A stretch of 44,365 nt of DNA from Gammaproteobacteria bacterium (lineage in GTDB: Bacteria; Pseudomonadota; Gammaproteobacteria; Steroidobacterales; JABDKV01), in the NCBI GenBank assembly GCA_013002045.1, contig JABDKV010000325.1, positions 1 through 44,365 on the forward strand, read 5' to 3'. The notes beneath the pieces are model-generated. The model was not told the DNA's origin, did not search any database, and saw only the letters and a list, made by a program, of their open reading frames with translations. Shown piece by piece: positions 35,801 through 43,782 of the stretch; the stretch's first letter is position 1, and every line of letters begins with the position of its first letter. Both the position numbers and the translations under genes were made by a program.

Positions 35801-36318
35801 AACGCGCGGTCCGGGCTATTCGTGAGGGCACCGAGCCCGACTTGCTGCAGCCACTGAGCCGTGGGGCCGACATCGACCTGCAGGAACCGGCTTTGTTGCC
35901 GGACGACTATTTGCCCGATGTACATATGCGACTGGTTCTCTACAAGCGCATTGCCAGTGCGCCTGACGAAGATGCCTTACGCGAGCTGCAGGTAGAGATG
36001 ATCGATCGATTTGGCTTGTTGCCCGACCCGGCCAAACGGCTGTTTGCGATTGCCAGGCTGCGTATTGCTGCAGCACCGCTGGGAATCAGTCGCATCGTGG
36101 CTGGTTCGGCGGGAGGCAACATCGAGTTTGACGAGGACACCGAGGTGGACCCCTACTCGCTGATCGTACTGGTGCAGAAGGATCCCCAACGTTACCGTCT
36201 CGACGGGCCGACGCGTCTGCGGTTTTCCGACGCACCGGACAGCTTCGACGACCGGGTCGACTATCTTGCCGGACTACTTTCCGGTTTCAGCCTGCGCTCA
36301 AGCGAGGAAATCGTTTAG
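32863..36318 (+). CDS. mfd: Transcription-repair coupling factor Mfd
   Basis: About 1150 aa with a UvrB-homology N-terminus, the RNAP-interaction domain (VVHEEYGVGRF), helicase motifs GDVGFGKTEVA, DEEHRFGV, LTLTATPIPRT and QLHQLRGRVGRS, and a TRG motif region. A GTG at 32857 is an alternative start. Confidence 0.97.
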   Translation: MSAFFSVYDARLPDNGIQRWGRLYGSAIPLAIANALDSSTRPVLLLTADVRAQERLEAELRFFSPKLPLLQFPDLETLPYDIFSPHQDIVSGRLATLARLPHDDNPIVIAPATTLLQRLPPHAYIAGSTLVCRVGQQFDLDSWRTRLSAAGYRHVSQVMEHGEFAVRGSLIDIFPMGVDDPVRIDLFDDEIETIRSFDSLTQISGPKVDSLQILPAREFPMTEEGIRGFRQRYRRRFEGDPTKVQLYREVSDGHIPGGLEYYLPLFFDETVTLLDYLPDHTVVLTDDDIEETLTQLGNEIADRYEQRAHDRERPLLSPTEAFADPTAVAAHLQRFTQVRISTFEQVDEAVNFASHTPPRLEIRPRQQNPAAALQDFVDNFDGRILFAAESAGHRETLAEFLRGRGMRVPRVDNWRNFASGEQRLALIEAPLERGLLLQQPAQALIVEEQLFGERVRTRRRRRPSRDPAAIVRDLTDLHAGAPVVHEEYGVGRFIGLQTLEVAGETNEFLTLEYADGDKLYVPVHALDRISRYTGAAADGAPLHRLGSDQWDKARRKAAEKIRDAAAELLDVYARREARPGRTFAPAADEYSAFVQAFPFDETDDQASAIDAVVDDLHSSRPMDRVICGDVGFGKTEVAMRAAFVAVAGGAQVAMLVPTTLLAQQHLQSFRDRFADWPVRIESLSRFRSGKETTQILQGMADGKVDIVIGTHKLLQRQVEFRDLGLVIIDEEHRFGVRHKEKLKELRTEVDVLTLTATPIPRTLNMAMGGVRDLSLITTPPSERHAVKTFVTEWNDTLLREAVLREIRRGGQVFVVHNRVQSIGKLADKLEKLVPEADMRIAHGQMRERELEQVMLDFYHRRFNVLICTTIVESGLDVPTANTIIIDRAEQLGLAQLHQLRGRVGRSHHRAYAYLITPPRRGLTADAVKRLEAVESTEELGAGFMLATHDLEIRGAGELLGEDQSGQIHEIGFSMYIELLERAVRAIREGTEPDLLQPLSRGADIDLQEPALLPDDYLPDVHMRLVLYKRIASAPDEDALRELQVEMIDRFGLLPDPAKRLFAIARLRIAAAPLGISRIVAGSAGGNIEFDEDTEVDPYSLIVLVQKDPQRYRLDGPTRLRFSDAPDSFDDRVDYLAGLLSGFSLRSSEEIV

Positions 36319-36328
36319 ACTCCGTCCC

Positions 36329-36871
36329 ATGAACAGATTCATGCTGTCCCTGCTGCTCACGATACTGCTCATGCCGGTGCCGGCCCTGGCGCAGGAGCCA
36401 CCGGTATTCGATGTCGAAGTGATCGTATTTCGTCACGTCGAGGCCGACAATACCGAGCTACCCTCTTACGACCGGGACGCCGAAGACAATGAAGCGACAC
36501 CCGTCCGCCGTCGTCGCTATCCTGCGCTGTCGGCAGATGAGCTTCGGCTGGGCGGTGCGGCACAGCGTTTACTGAGTTCGTCAGAGTGGTCACCGATCCT
36601 GCACGCGGGATGGCGCCAACCCACTGACAGTCGCGAAGAGGCAGCCGCGATGTCGGTTGCGGGCACCCGCCGCGGTGCATCGGTGCGCGGCACGGTCCGC
36701 GTGTCGGTCGATCGCTTCCTGCGCATGGAAGTCGATCTGCAACTCGATGGCGGCACGGGTGACACATTCAGTCTTACCCAGGCGCGTCGGGTACGCAGTG
36801 GCGAAGTGCACTATTTTGACCACCCGCAGTTCGGTGTCATCGCAACGGTCAACCCGGCACCCGCACCGTAG
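36329..36871 (+). CDS. CsiV-like (DUF2803) periplasmic peptidoglycan-binding protein
   Basis: The signal peptide is MNRFMLSLLLTILLMPVPALA. It has FDVEVIVFRH near the N-terminus and VHYFDHPQFGVIA near the C-terminus. It sits immediately downstream of mfd, where I recall csiV lies in Vibrio. This family call is from memory. Confidence 0.45.
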   Translation: MNRFMLSLLLTILLMPVPALAQEPPVFDVEVIVFRHVEADNTELPSYDRDAEDNEATPVRRRRYPALSADELRLGGAAQRLLSSSEWSPILHAGWRQPTDSREEAAAMSVAGTRRGASVRGTVRVSVDRFLRMEVDLQLDGGTGDTFSLTQARRVRSGEVHYFDHPQFGVIATVNPAPAP

Positions 36872-36886
36872 ATACCCGCGACCCGG

Positions 36887-37927
36887 CTAGCCGTCGAGAT
36901 CCAGTTCCGGGCCGTCGAAGCACGAGTCGATCAGCGACCGGGCGTTACGCCAGGCGCGGCTCGATTGCAGTGAGCGCCATCCGGGTGCGCGACGACCATG
37001 TAAGGTTGCACGACGAGCCTGGCTGACCGGCTGGTCGCTGTCGATGCGTCGGGCGACCGAGGCGGCGGCATCGCGGTCGTTGCAAACCAGGATCATGTCG
37101 CAGCCAGACTCGACGGCCGTGCGATAGCGACGCCACATCGACCCGACCACAGCTGCACCTGCCATACTCAGATCGTCCGAAAACACGACCCCGTTAAATC
37201 CCAGCCGTGCGCGCAGGATTTCACCGATCCAGCGGGTCGAAAACACAGCCGGCTGCTCGTCCACAGCCGGAAAACTGACAAAGGCCATCATGATGCTGTC
37301 CAGGCCAGCTGCGATTGTTGCCCGGTACGGCGCGACATCTGCAATCAATTCCTCCAGCGGGCGCTCATCCACCGGCAGGGTCAGGTGCGAATCGTCGGCC
37401 ACGGCACCATGTCCGGGAAAATGCTTGGCCGTGGCTTTCATGCCGGCCTCGTGCATGCCGTCGATGTAGCTCTGTGCAATTTTCGCCACAGCCTGTGCAT
37501 CGCGATGACAGGCACGATCGCCAATCACACTGTCTTCGTGATAATCGAGGTCCACGACCGGCGCAAACGACAGGTCTACACCGCAGGCACGCAACTCGGC
37601 CGCCATCAGCCAGCCACAGGTTCGCGCCAGCAACAGGCCCTGCTCGGCGTTAGCGTCGTAGTAGGTGCCGAGCGTACGCGCCGCTGGCAGTGGCGTAAAC
37701 GGATCGCGAAACCGCTGTACCCGCCCACCTTCCTGGTCAACGGCAATTAACAGCGACGGGCGTCGCAACTCGCGAATTTCGGTCGTCAGCTGTTGCAGCT
37801 GGTCGATGCTGTCAAAGTTGCGCGTGAACAGGATTACGCCGCCGACCCCCGGCAGACGCAGCAACTCCCGATCCTCTGCCGTCAATGAAGTACCGGCAAT
37901 ATCGATCATTAGTGGTCCGAGCGTCAT
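36887..37927 (-). CDS. nagZ: Beta-N-acetylhexosaminidase NagZ (muropeptide recycling)
   Basis: MTLGPLMIDIAGTSLTAEDRELLRLPGVGGVILFTRNF matches the NagZ N-terminus. KHFPGHG and the FSDDLSM motif are present. Confidence 0.92.
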   Translation of the reverse strand: MTLGPLMIDIAGTSLTAEDRELLRLPGVGGVILFTRNFDSIDQLQQLTTEIRELRRPSLLIAVDQEGGRVQRFRDPFTPLPAARTLGTYYDANAEQGLLLARTCGWLMAAELRACGVDLSFAPVVDLDYHEDSVIGDRACHRDAQAVAKIAQSYIDGMHEAGMKATAKHFPGHGAVADDSHLTLPVDERPLEELIADVAPYRATIAAGLDSIMMAFVSFPAVDEQPAVFSTRWIGEILRARLGFNGVVFSDDLSMAGAAVVGSMWRRYRTAVESGCDMILVCNDRDAAASVARRIDSDQPVSQARRATLHGRRAPGWRSLQSSRAWRNARSLIDSCFDGPELDLDG

Positions 37928-38412
37928 GCGCCATCCACGATATCGACACGGGTACCAACTGCGACCCGATCGAACAGCTCAATGACATCCTGGTTGTGCA
38001 TGCGCACACAGCCGTGCGACCCCGGCTGTCCCATCGGCACCTCGTCAGGCGCACCATGTATATAGATATAGCGCTGACGCGTATCGACCTCGCCGCAACG
38101 ATTGCGGTTTGTCTCCAGCCCGGACAACCACAGGATCCGGGTCAGGATCCAGTCGCGGCCTGGATCGTCGTCGCGCAATGCAGGGGTGTAGATTTCCCCT
38201 GTTGGCTTGCGCCCGACGAAAACCGTGTTGACCGGAAGTCCGGCCCCGATACGCGCGCAAATGACATGCCCACCGAGCGGTGTGCACAGGCTGTCCATTT
38301 TCTGCCCCGGACCATTGGCGGCGGTTGAGACTGGATACCGGGCAACCAGCCTGCCATTGTCGGCACAACTGAGTTGTTGACGAGCAATATCTACCTGCAC
38401 ACGCAAAGTCAT
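37924..38412 (-). CDS. YkuD-fold L,D-transpeptidase-family protein without a signal peptide
   Basis: 162 aa with the catalytic motif IYIHGAPDEVPMGQPGSHGCVRMHNQD. The N-terminus MTLRVQVDIARQQLSCADNG has no hydrophobic leader. It has 4-nt overlaps with rlmD upstream and nagZ downstream. Confidence 0.8.
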   Translation of the reverse strand: MTLRVQVDIARQQLSCADNGRLVARYPVSTAANGPGQKMDSLCTPLGGHVICARIGAGLPVNTVFVGRKPTGEIYTPALRDDDPGRDWILTRILWLSGLETNRNRCGEVDTRQRYIYIHGAPDEVPMGQPGSHGCVRMHNQDVIELFDRVAVGTRVDIVDGA

Positions 38413-39755
38413 TTTGCCCGACTCAGCACGGCCATCGACTCGACATGCGCAGTGTGTGGGAACATGTCCATAACCCCGGCCGATTCCAGCTGGTAGCCGG
38501 CAGCGACCAGCGTGGCGATATCACGGGCCAGTGTCGCGGGGTGGCACGAAACATAAACGATACGGCCGGGATTGATACGGTCGATGTTTTCACAGACGGC
38601 CGCTGCACCGCTGCGCGGTGGATCCAGCACCAGCCGGTCCCAGTGCTTTTGCATAAACGGCATCGAAACAATATCGGTACTCAGGTCTGCCACCGCAAAG
38701 TCGGTATTACCAAGGCCGTTGGCAGCGGCATTGGCGCGCGCCCGCTCGACCTGCGGTGCGGCCCCTTCAATGCCCGTGACCCGACCCGCGTAACGCGCCA
38801 GTGGCAGCGTGATATTGCCGATCCCGCAAAACAGATCCAGCACCTGGTCATCGGCCGCCGGATCCAGCTGCGTGACGATGGCATCAATCATTTCGCTGTT
38901 GATAGCCGCATTGATCTGGACGAAGTCGGTGGGTCCGAAGTCGAAGCGAATGTCATGCTTGTCCAGACGGTAATGCAGTTCCGGCTGACTACCATCGAGA
39001 CAGATTGCGTCTTCAGGGCGCCCACGCTGCAGGGCGATGGTAATCTCGTGTGCAGCTGCAAATGATTGCAATCGGCTGATGTCGGCGGCATCCGGTTCGT
39101 CCAGCACCCGCATGACCAGCACGACATCATCGTCGCCGACCGCCACCTCTATCTGCGGCAGGCGCCGCGCCACACTCAACTCAGCGATCATGGTCTGCAG
39201 CGGCGCTATGAGTTTTGCCACTGCCGGCACCAGCACTTCGCATCCTGCCATATCCGTTATGTACGGTTTATGGCGTTCGCGGAACCCCACCAACACCCGT
39301 TCCTTGCGCTCCACGTATTTGACACCCAGCCGGGCGCGACGCCGATAACCCCAGGCGGGTCCGGACAACGGCGCCAGCCACCGTTGCGGCGTGACGTGAC
39401 CGATGCGCTCCAGCGTGTCGACCAGCCATTGTTGTTTCAGGGCCAGCTGAGCGGCGCTGTCGAGGTGCTGCAACGAGCACCCACCACAGGTGCCGAACCA
39501 GGCGCAACGGGGTTCTACACGATCGGCCGATGACTGGTGGACCTGGTCCAGTCGCGCCTCATCGTGACCGCGACGGCGTCGGACTACGGTGGCATCGACA
39601 ATCTCTCCAGGCAGCGCATCGGCGACGAACAACACCTTGCCACCGACGCGCGTCACGCCACGCCCCTCGTGCGTCAGGTCTTCGATGGCCACGGTCGCCT
39701 GTTCACCCCGTCGCAGCGGCCGGTCCAGTTCGGTTATTTCTTGCGGATCGCTCAT
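38409..39755 (-). CDS. rlmD: 23S rRNA (uracil1939-C5)-methyltransferase RlmD (RumA)
   Basis: It has a TRAM domain (ATVAIEDLTHEGRGVTRVGGKVLFV), an Fe-S Cys cluster (CAWFGTCGGCSLQH), a SAM motif (VLDLFCGIGNITLPLA) and the C-terminal catalytic SCHPATLARD. I chose the internal ATG at 39755, which gives 448 aa. Confidence 0.9.
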   Translation of the reverse strand: MSDPQEITELDRPLRRGEQATVAIEDLTHEGRGVTRVGGKVLFVADALPGEIVDATVVRRRRGHDEARLDQVHQSSADRVEPRCAWFGTCGGCSLQHLDSAAQLALKQQWLVDTLERIGHVTPQRWLAPLSGPAWGYRRRARLGVKYVERKERVLVGFRERHKPYITDMAGCEVLVPAVAKLIAPLQTMIAELSVARRLPQIEVAVGDDDVVLVMRVLDEPDAADISRLQSFAAAHEITIALQRGRPEDAICLDGSQPELHYRLDKHDIRFDFGPTDFVQINAAINSEMIDAIVTQLDPAADDQVLDLFCGIGNITLPLARYAGRVTGIEGAAPQVERARANAAANGLGNTDFAVADLSTDIVSMPFMQKHWDRLVLDPPRSGAAAVCENIDRINPGRIVYVSCHPATLARDIATLVAAGYQLESAGVMDMFPHTAHVESMAVLSRAK

Positions 39756-39807
39756 AGCGCGGCATTCTACCGTGTCGCTTTTGACGTTGTCGCTGCTAAC
39801 CCCCAAC

Positions 39808-41805
39808 ATGGCAGGCATGAAAGCCGAATGGTGGCGTGTTATTCCACTGCTGCTGCTGGCGCTGACGGCGGCAGCAATCGCCTGGCTCATGCTTCCCTCA
39901 GCAGCGGCCACCGTGATTACCATCGCCAGCATGGTCCTGGTCGGCCTCGGCTGGCCAAGCCCGGCGACCCGCCAGCCGGACAGCAATGCGTCGGCGCCGC
40001 AGCAGCCACTATCCGGCGAAGCGATACTGCTGGGAGATCTATCACACGAACTGCGCACACCGATGAGCGCTATGCTCGGCTATGTCGATCTTCTGGCCGA
40101 GACCCCGCTGGGACCACGCCAGCGCAGTTACGTCGATGCACTTGAGGCGGCCGGCAACAGTCTCGTCGATATTATCGACGACATACTGGATGTGTCTGAA
40201 TTGGAGGCCGGGGCAACCTCCGTGCATGAACAGCCGTTTGCCATTCGCGATTGCCTCGATGGTGTAACCCAGATGCTGGCGCCATCAGCCTACGAAAAAC
40301 GACTCGACTTCTACTGCATCGTCGAACCCGACGTTCCCGAGCAACTCATTGGGGACCCGTTGCGTGTGCGCCAGGTTCTCGTGAACCTGGTCAGCAACGC
40401 GATAAAGTACACCGAGCACGGACACGTACGAGTCACACTTGAGGTCACCGACAAAGGTGACCAGCGGGTGTGCCTGCAAATCTCGGTCGACGACACTGGT
40501 ATTGGCATCGACGAGGAGTTGCAGTCTCGACTGTTTACGCCATTTACACGAGCAAGCCGCGACAGCGAGGGTACCGGGCTGGGTCTCTCTATCACCCGCC
40601 GCCTGTGCGAGTCGATGGATGGCAGTGTCGGGTGCGTCAGCGAACCCGGCACAGGAAGTACCTTTAGCGCGACCATCTGGCTACGGCAAATCGCCACTGC
40701 TCTGCCGTCGCCCGCTGGCAGTGACATGTTGCACCAGGTTGCGGTGTTGCTCGCCTGTCGTGATAAACCCTTTTCGGACTCATTACGCCATTGCCTGGAA
40801 TGCGACGGTGCCACGGTTGTTCAGCAAAGCCCCGAAGCGCTGTTGCACGCCCGCCATGTCGAAAACGTCGATGCAATCGTCGTACATCTCGACCAGGGCT
40901 TGTTGCAAACCCCCGACGACCTCAGGAGCCTGCGCACCCTCGCCGATCTCCGGGTGGTCGCACTGGTCAGCAGCAGCAACGGTTACGACCTGCAGCGTAT
41001 AGAGCAATTAACGGGCGGCGTCGCCCTGTCTGCCCATGTCCCGGCCGGGCAACTTTGTCGACGCCTGGTCGAATTGACAGGACGCTCCTGCGGTGATGAA
41101 TCCGGACAGCACCGCCAGTCGTTTGCACTTCCGGGACTGCGCGTGTTGGTGGCTGAAGATGACCTGCCATCGCGGCAGTTCCTGCAACGCCTGCTGGGCG
41201 ACCAGGGTGCCGAGGTGGATTTATGTCGCGACGGTGACGAAGCGCTGGCTTTACTGGACGTAGCTCGCTACGACGTCGCCATATTTGATGTCCGGATGCC
41301 CGGACGCGATGGGGTCGAAACGACTCGTGAACTGCGCCAGCGCGGTATTACACTGCCGATAATCGGACTGACTGCGGCACCAGCGGAACGTGATCGTGCA
41401 CTGATTGCTGGCATGACCCACTGCCTGCTCAAGCCAGCCCGCAGTCGCGAACTCATTACCACGCTCAGACAATGGCTACCGCGGAGCGCAACGGATGCTG
41501 CCGTCGAGGTCAGGGACACGCACCGATTGCACCTTGATGACGAAATGCTCGCCACGCTGCAGCGCGAATTGCCACTGCAGGCGGAACAGCTGCAGCTTGC
41601 ACAGCGCGATAACGATCAGTCGCGCCTGCTCGATCTGGCACATCGGCTGAACGGCACCGCATCGATTTGTGGGTTTGAACTGCTGCGTCACCACGCCGCC
41701 AGGGTCGAGGGCCTGCTCCGCAATGGTGACACCAGCGACCTGTCACAACAGGCCACTGCGCTTGTCGATGCTATCGAAATCACCCTCGATGAACTGCAGC
41801 GCTAG
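39808..41805 (+). CDS. Hybrid sensor histidine kinase (2 TM, HisKA, HATPase, degenerate receiver-like insert, receiver, HPt), in the BarA/GacS syntenic position
   Basis: The H-box is LSHELRTPMSAMLGY, the N-box is LVNLVSNAIKYT, and the G-boxes are DTGIGI and GTGLGLSI. The receiver reads VLVAEDD...DVAIFDVRMPGRDG...LLKP and the HPt reads HRLNGTASICGF. The gene is divergent from rlmD, as E. coli barA is. ATG 39817 is an alternative start. Confidence 0.85.
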   Translation: MAGMKAEWWRVIPLLLLALTAAAIAWLMLPSAAATVITIASMVLVGLGWPSPATRQPDSNASAPQQPLSGEAILLGDLSHELRTPMSAMLGYVDLLAETPLGPRQRSYVDALEAAGNSLVDIIDDILDVSELEAGATSVHEQPFAIRDCLDGVTQMLAPSAYEKRLDFYCIVEPDVPEQLIGDPLRVRQVLVNLVSNAIKYTEHGHVRVTLEVTDKGDQRVCLQISVDDTGIGIDEELQSRLFTPFTRASRDSEGTGLGLSITRRLCESMDGSVGCVSEPGTGSTFSATIWLRQIATALPSPAGSDMLHQVAVLLACRDKPFSDSLRHCLECDGATVVQQSPEALLHARHVENVDAIVVHLDQGLLQTPDDLRSLRTLADLRVVALVSSSNGYDLQRIEQLTGGVALSAHVPAGQLCRRLVELTGRSCGDESGQHRQSFALPGLRVLVAEDDLPSRQFLQRLLGDQGAEVDLCRDGDEALALLDVARYDVAIFDVRMPGRDGVETTRELRQRGITLPIIGLTAAPAERDRALIAGMTHCLLKPARSRELITTLRQWLPRSATDAAVEVRDTHRLHLDDEMLATLQRELPLQAEQLQLAQRDNDQSRLLDLAHRLNGTASICGFELLRHHAARVEGLLRNGDTSDLSQQATALVDAIEITLDELQR

Positions 41806-42182
41806 GCCCGTTCCATGACGGCAAACGCAACCACCATGCCACCCTCGTCAGTCAGCGACACATAACTGCGACCGATACCGAGTTCATGACACCGCGCCTG
41901 GCCGCGCGCGGAAAAAATCGGCTCTGGCTTGCCGCGGTGGTCGTGGCGCACACCAACATCGCGCACCCACATGCCATGCCTGAATCCGGTACCCATCGCC
42001 TTAACCAGCGCTTCCTTGGCTGCGAAGCGCATGGCGAGGAAGCGCACTGGTCGCTTGTACGAGCTGTAATCCTCGTATTCCTGCGGCATCAGGATACGGC
42101 GTGCAAAGCGATCGCCAAAACGCTCGTAGGCTTGCTCTACCCGGTCCACACGCAGGATGTCAGTGCCGATGCCGTAAATCAT
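41802..42182 (-). CDS. acpS: Holo-[acyl-carrier-protein] synthase
   Basis: 126 aa. MIYGIGTDILRVDRVE...FAAKEALVKA is the canonical AcpS sequence. Confidence 0.92.
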   Translation of the reverse strand: MIYGIGTDILRVDRVEQAYERFGDRFARRILMPQEYEDYSSYKRPVRFLAMRFAAKEALVKAMGTGFRHGMWVRDVGVRHDHRGKPEPIFSARGQARCHELGIGRSYVSLTDEGGMVVAFAVMERA

Positions 42183-42898
42183 GTGCCGTGCCGGTACATC
42201 GCTTCCGTCACCTCGCGCACTTTGAGTGGTCGCGGGCCAAGATAAAAATCCAGCACCCCACGCAACAGGCTACGCGCGGCTGCGAGGTCCGCGTCATCGA
42301 GTCTCTCTGCAGCCAGCGCCAGCAATGTGCGGCCGGCTATCGTCTGCTGTGGGTCGGTTGCGGCCGCCGACAGCACAACGCCGACTTCGGTTCGGTAGGT
42401 ATAGGTACGATCGGCCTCGACCGGCTGCCCCTGTTCCGTCACTGTCAGTTGCAGGCCATAGCCTAGTGCGTCAAGTAGACGTTTTTCGAACAGGCGTAAA
42501 ACGACGGCCTCGGCCGATTCCTGCTCCAGCCTGTTAAGTGCGGCGGCATAGTTCTCATATATCGCCTCGTTGGTGTCGTGCCGCTGCAGCAGTCGTAACA
42601 ACAGTTCGTTCATATACCAGCCACTGTTCAGACGCGCTGCCGGGACTGTGACTGTCTGGGATTGGCGTTCGGCTGCCGTCAGTGTGCCCAGCTCACCACG
42701 CCCGGCCCAGGAAACCAGCAATGGCGTAAACGGTCGCAGGATGCCACGCAGTTTGCTGCGCGGTGATCGCGCACCCCGGGCGACCAGTCCCACCCGCCCA
42801 TAATCCCGTGTCAGCAGCTCAAGCAGGCGGCTGGTCTCGCGATACGGGTAGTGATGCAACAGGAATGCCGGTTGCAGCTCAACTTTGTGGCGGCTCAT
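42179..42898 (-). CDS. recO: DNA repair protein RecO
   Basis: 239 aa. AFLLHHYPYRETSRLLELLTRDYGRVGLVARGAR is the typical RecO OB-fold N-terminus. It is downstream of era. Confidence 0.9.
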   Translation of the reverse strand: MSRHKVELQPAFLLHHYPYRETSRLLELLTRDYGRVGLVARGARSPRSKLRGILRPFTPLLVSWAGRGELGTLTAAERQSQTVTVPAARLNSGWYMNELLLRLLQRHDTNEAIYENYAAALNRLEQESAEAVVLRLFEKRLLDALGYGLQLTVTEQGQPVEADRTYTYRTEVGVVLSAAATDPQQTIAGRTLLALAAERLDDADLAAARSLLRGVLDFYLGPRPLKVREVTEAMYRHGT

Positions 42899-43782
42899 GT
42901 GTCGTGGCCGAAACGGGCGAGGTCATCAATATTGTCGGACCAGCGATTGCGTACCTTGGCCCACAGTTCGAGGTGTACCTTGCGGCCGAAGTGGCGTTCC
43001 AGGTCACGCCGGGCCGCGCTACCGATACCCTTCAGCATCTGCCCGCCCTTGCCTATCACGATCGCTTTCTGGGGTTCCCGCTCGACCCAGACTATGGCGC
43101 TGATGCGAACCAACTCATCGCCGACATCGAGTGCTTCCACGCTGACAGCGACGCCATAAGGCAATTCCTGTTGCAGGCGCAGAGTCAGTTGTTCCCGAAT
43201 CAGTTCAGCCACGTGAAAACGATCATCCCGGTCACTGTCCATGTCGGCCGGGTACAACGGTGGCCCCTCCGGCAAATGACTTACTATCACATCGGAGAGA
43301 CGCTCAAGGTTGTGACCGCGAGTGGCGGACAGTGGGACGACTTCTGCAAATTCACCTCGCTCTGCTAACTGCTGCAGCAGCGGCAACAGTTTTTCGCGCG
43401 GTTTCACCTGGTCGACCTTGTTGGCCACCAGGATGACCGGTGTCTGCTGCGCCTGCAGGTGTCCAAGCATATCCTGGTCTTCTTCGGTCCAGCGGAACGC
43501 CTCGACGACAAACAGGACCAGGTCGCCTTCGCTAATCGTCTGCAGCGCCGTACGATTCATCATCTGGTTGAGCGCCTTGCCGGAGCTGCGGTGCAGACCG
43601 GGTGCGTCAATGAACACAATCTGTGCGTCTGCGCTGTTGCGAATACCACTGACACGATAGCGCGTCGTCTGCGGCTTGTGCGTCACAATGCTGAGCTTCT
43701 TGCCGACCATCGCATTCAGCAGCGTCGACTTGCCTACATTGCTGCGACCGGCGAGGCTAACCAGTCCCGAACGAAAACTCAT
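42895..43782 (-). CDS. era: GTPase Era
   Basis: G1 is GRSNVGKST, G3 is DAPG and G4 is NKVD. The C-terminal KH domain reads VWVEREPQKAIVIGKGGQMLK. Confidence 0.97.
   Translation of the reverse strand: MSFRSGLVSLAGRSNVGKSTLLNAMVGKKLSIVTHKPQTTRYRVSGIRNSADAQIVFIDAPGLHRSSGKALNQMMNRTALQTISEGDLVLFVVEAFRWTEEDQDMLGHLQAQQTPVILVANKVDQVKPREKLLPLLQQLAERGEFAEVVPLSATRGHNLERLSDVIVSHLPEGPPLYPADMDSDRDDRFHVAELIREQLTLRLQQELPYGVAVSVEALDVGDELVRISAIVWVEREPQKAIVIGKGGQMLKGIGSAARRDLERHFGRKVHLELWAKVRNRWSDNIDDLARFGHDT

Noticed and set aside
39589-40058. The long N-terminal extensions of rlmD (to 40058) and of the hybrid kinase (from 39589) would overlap each other by about 470 nt.
   Set aside because: The extensions are low-complexity. 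Internal ATGs (39755 for rlmD, 39808 for the kinase) give proteins that start where the homologous families start and leave a normal 52-nt divergent spacer.
41802-42898. pdxJ is absent between recO and acpS, whereas the classical order is rnc-era-recO-pdxJ-acpS.
   Set aside because: Gene loss or relocation of pdxJ from this operon is a common lineage variation. The recO-acpS junction is a clean 4-nt overlap, so nothing suggests a pseudogene or a hidden element.
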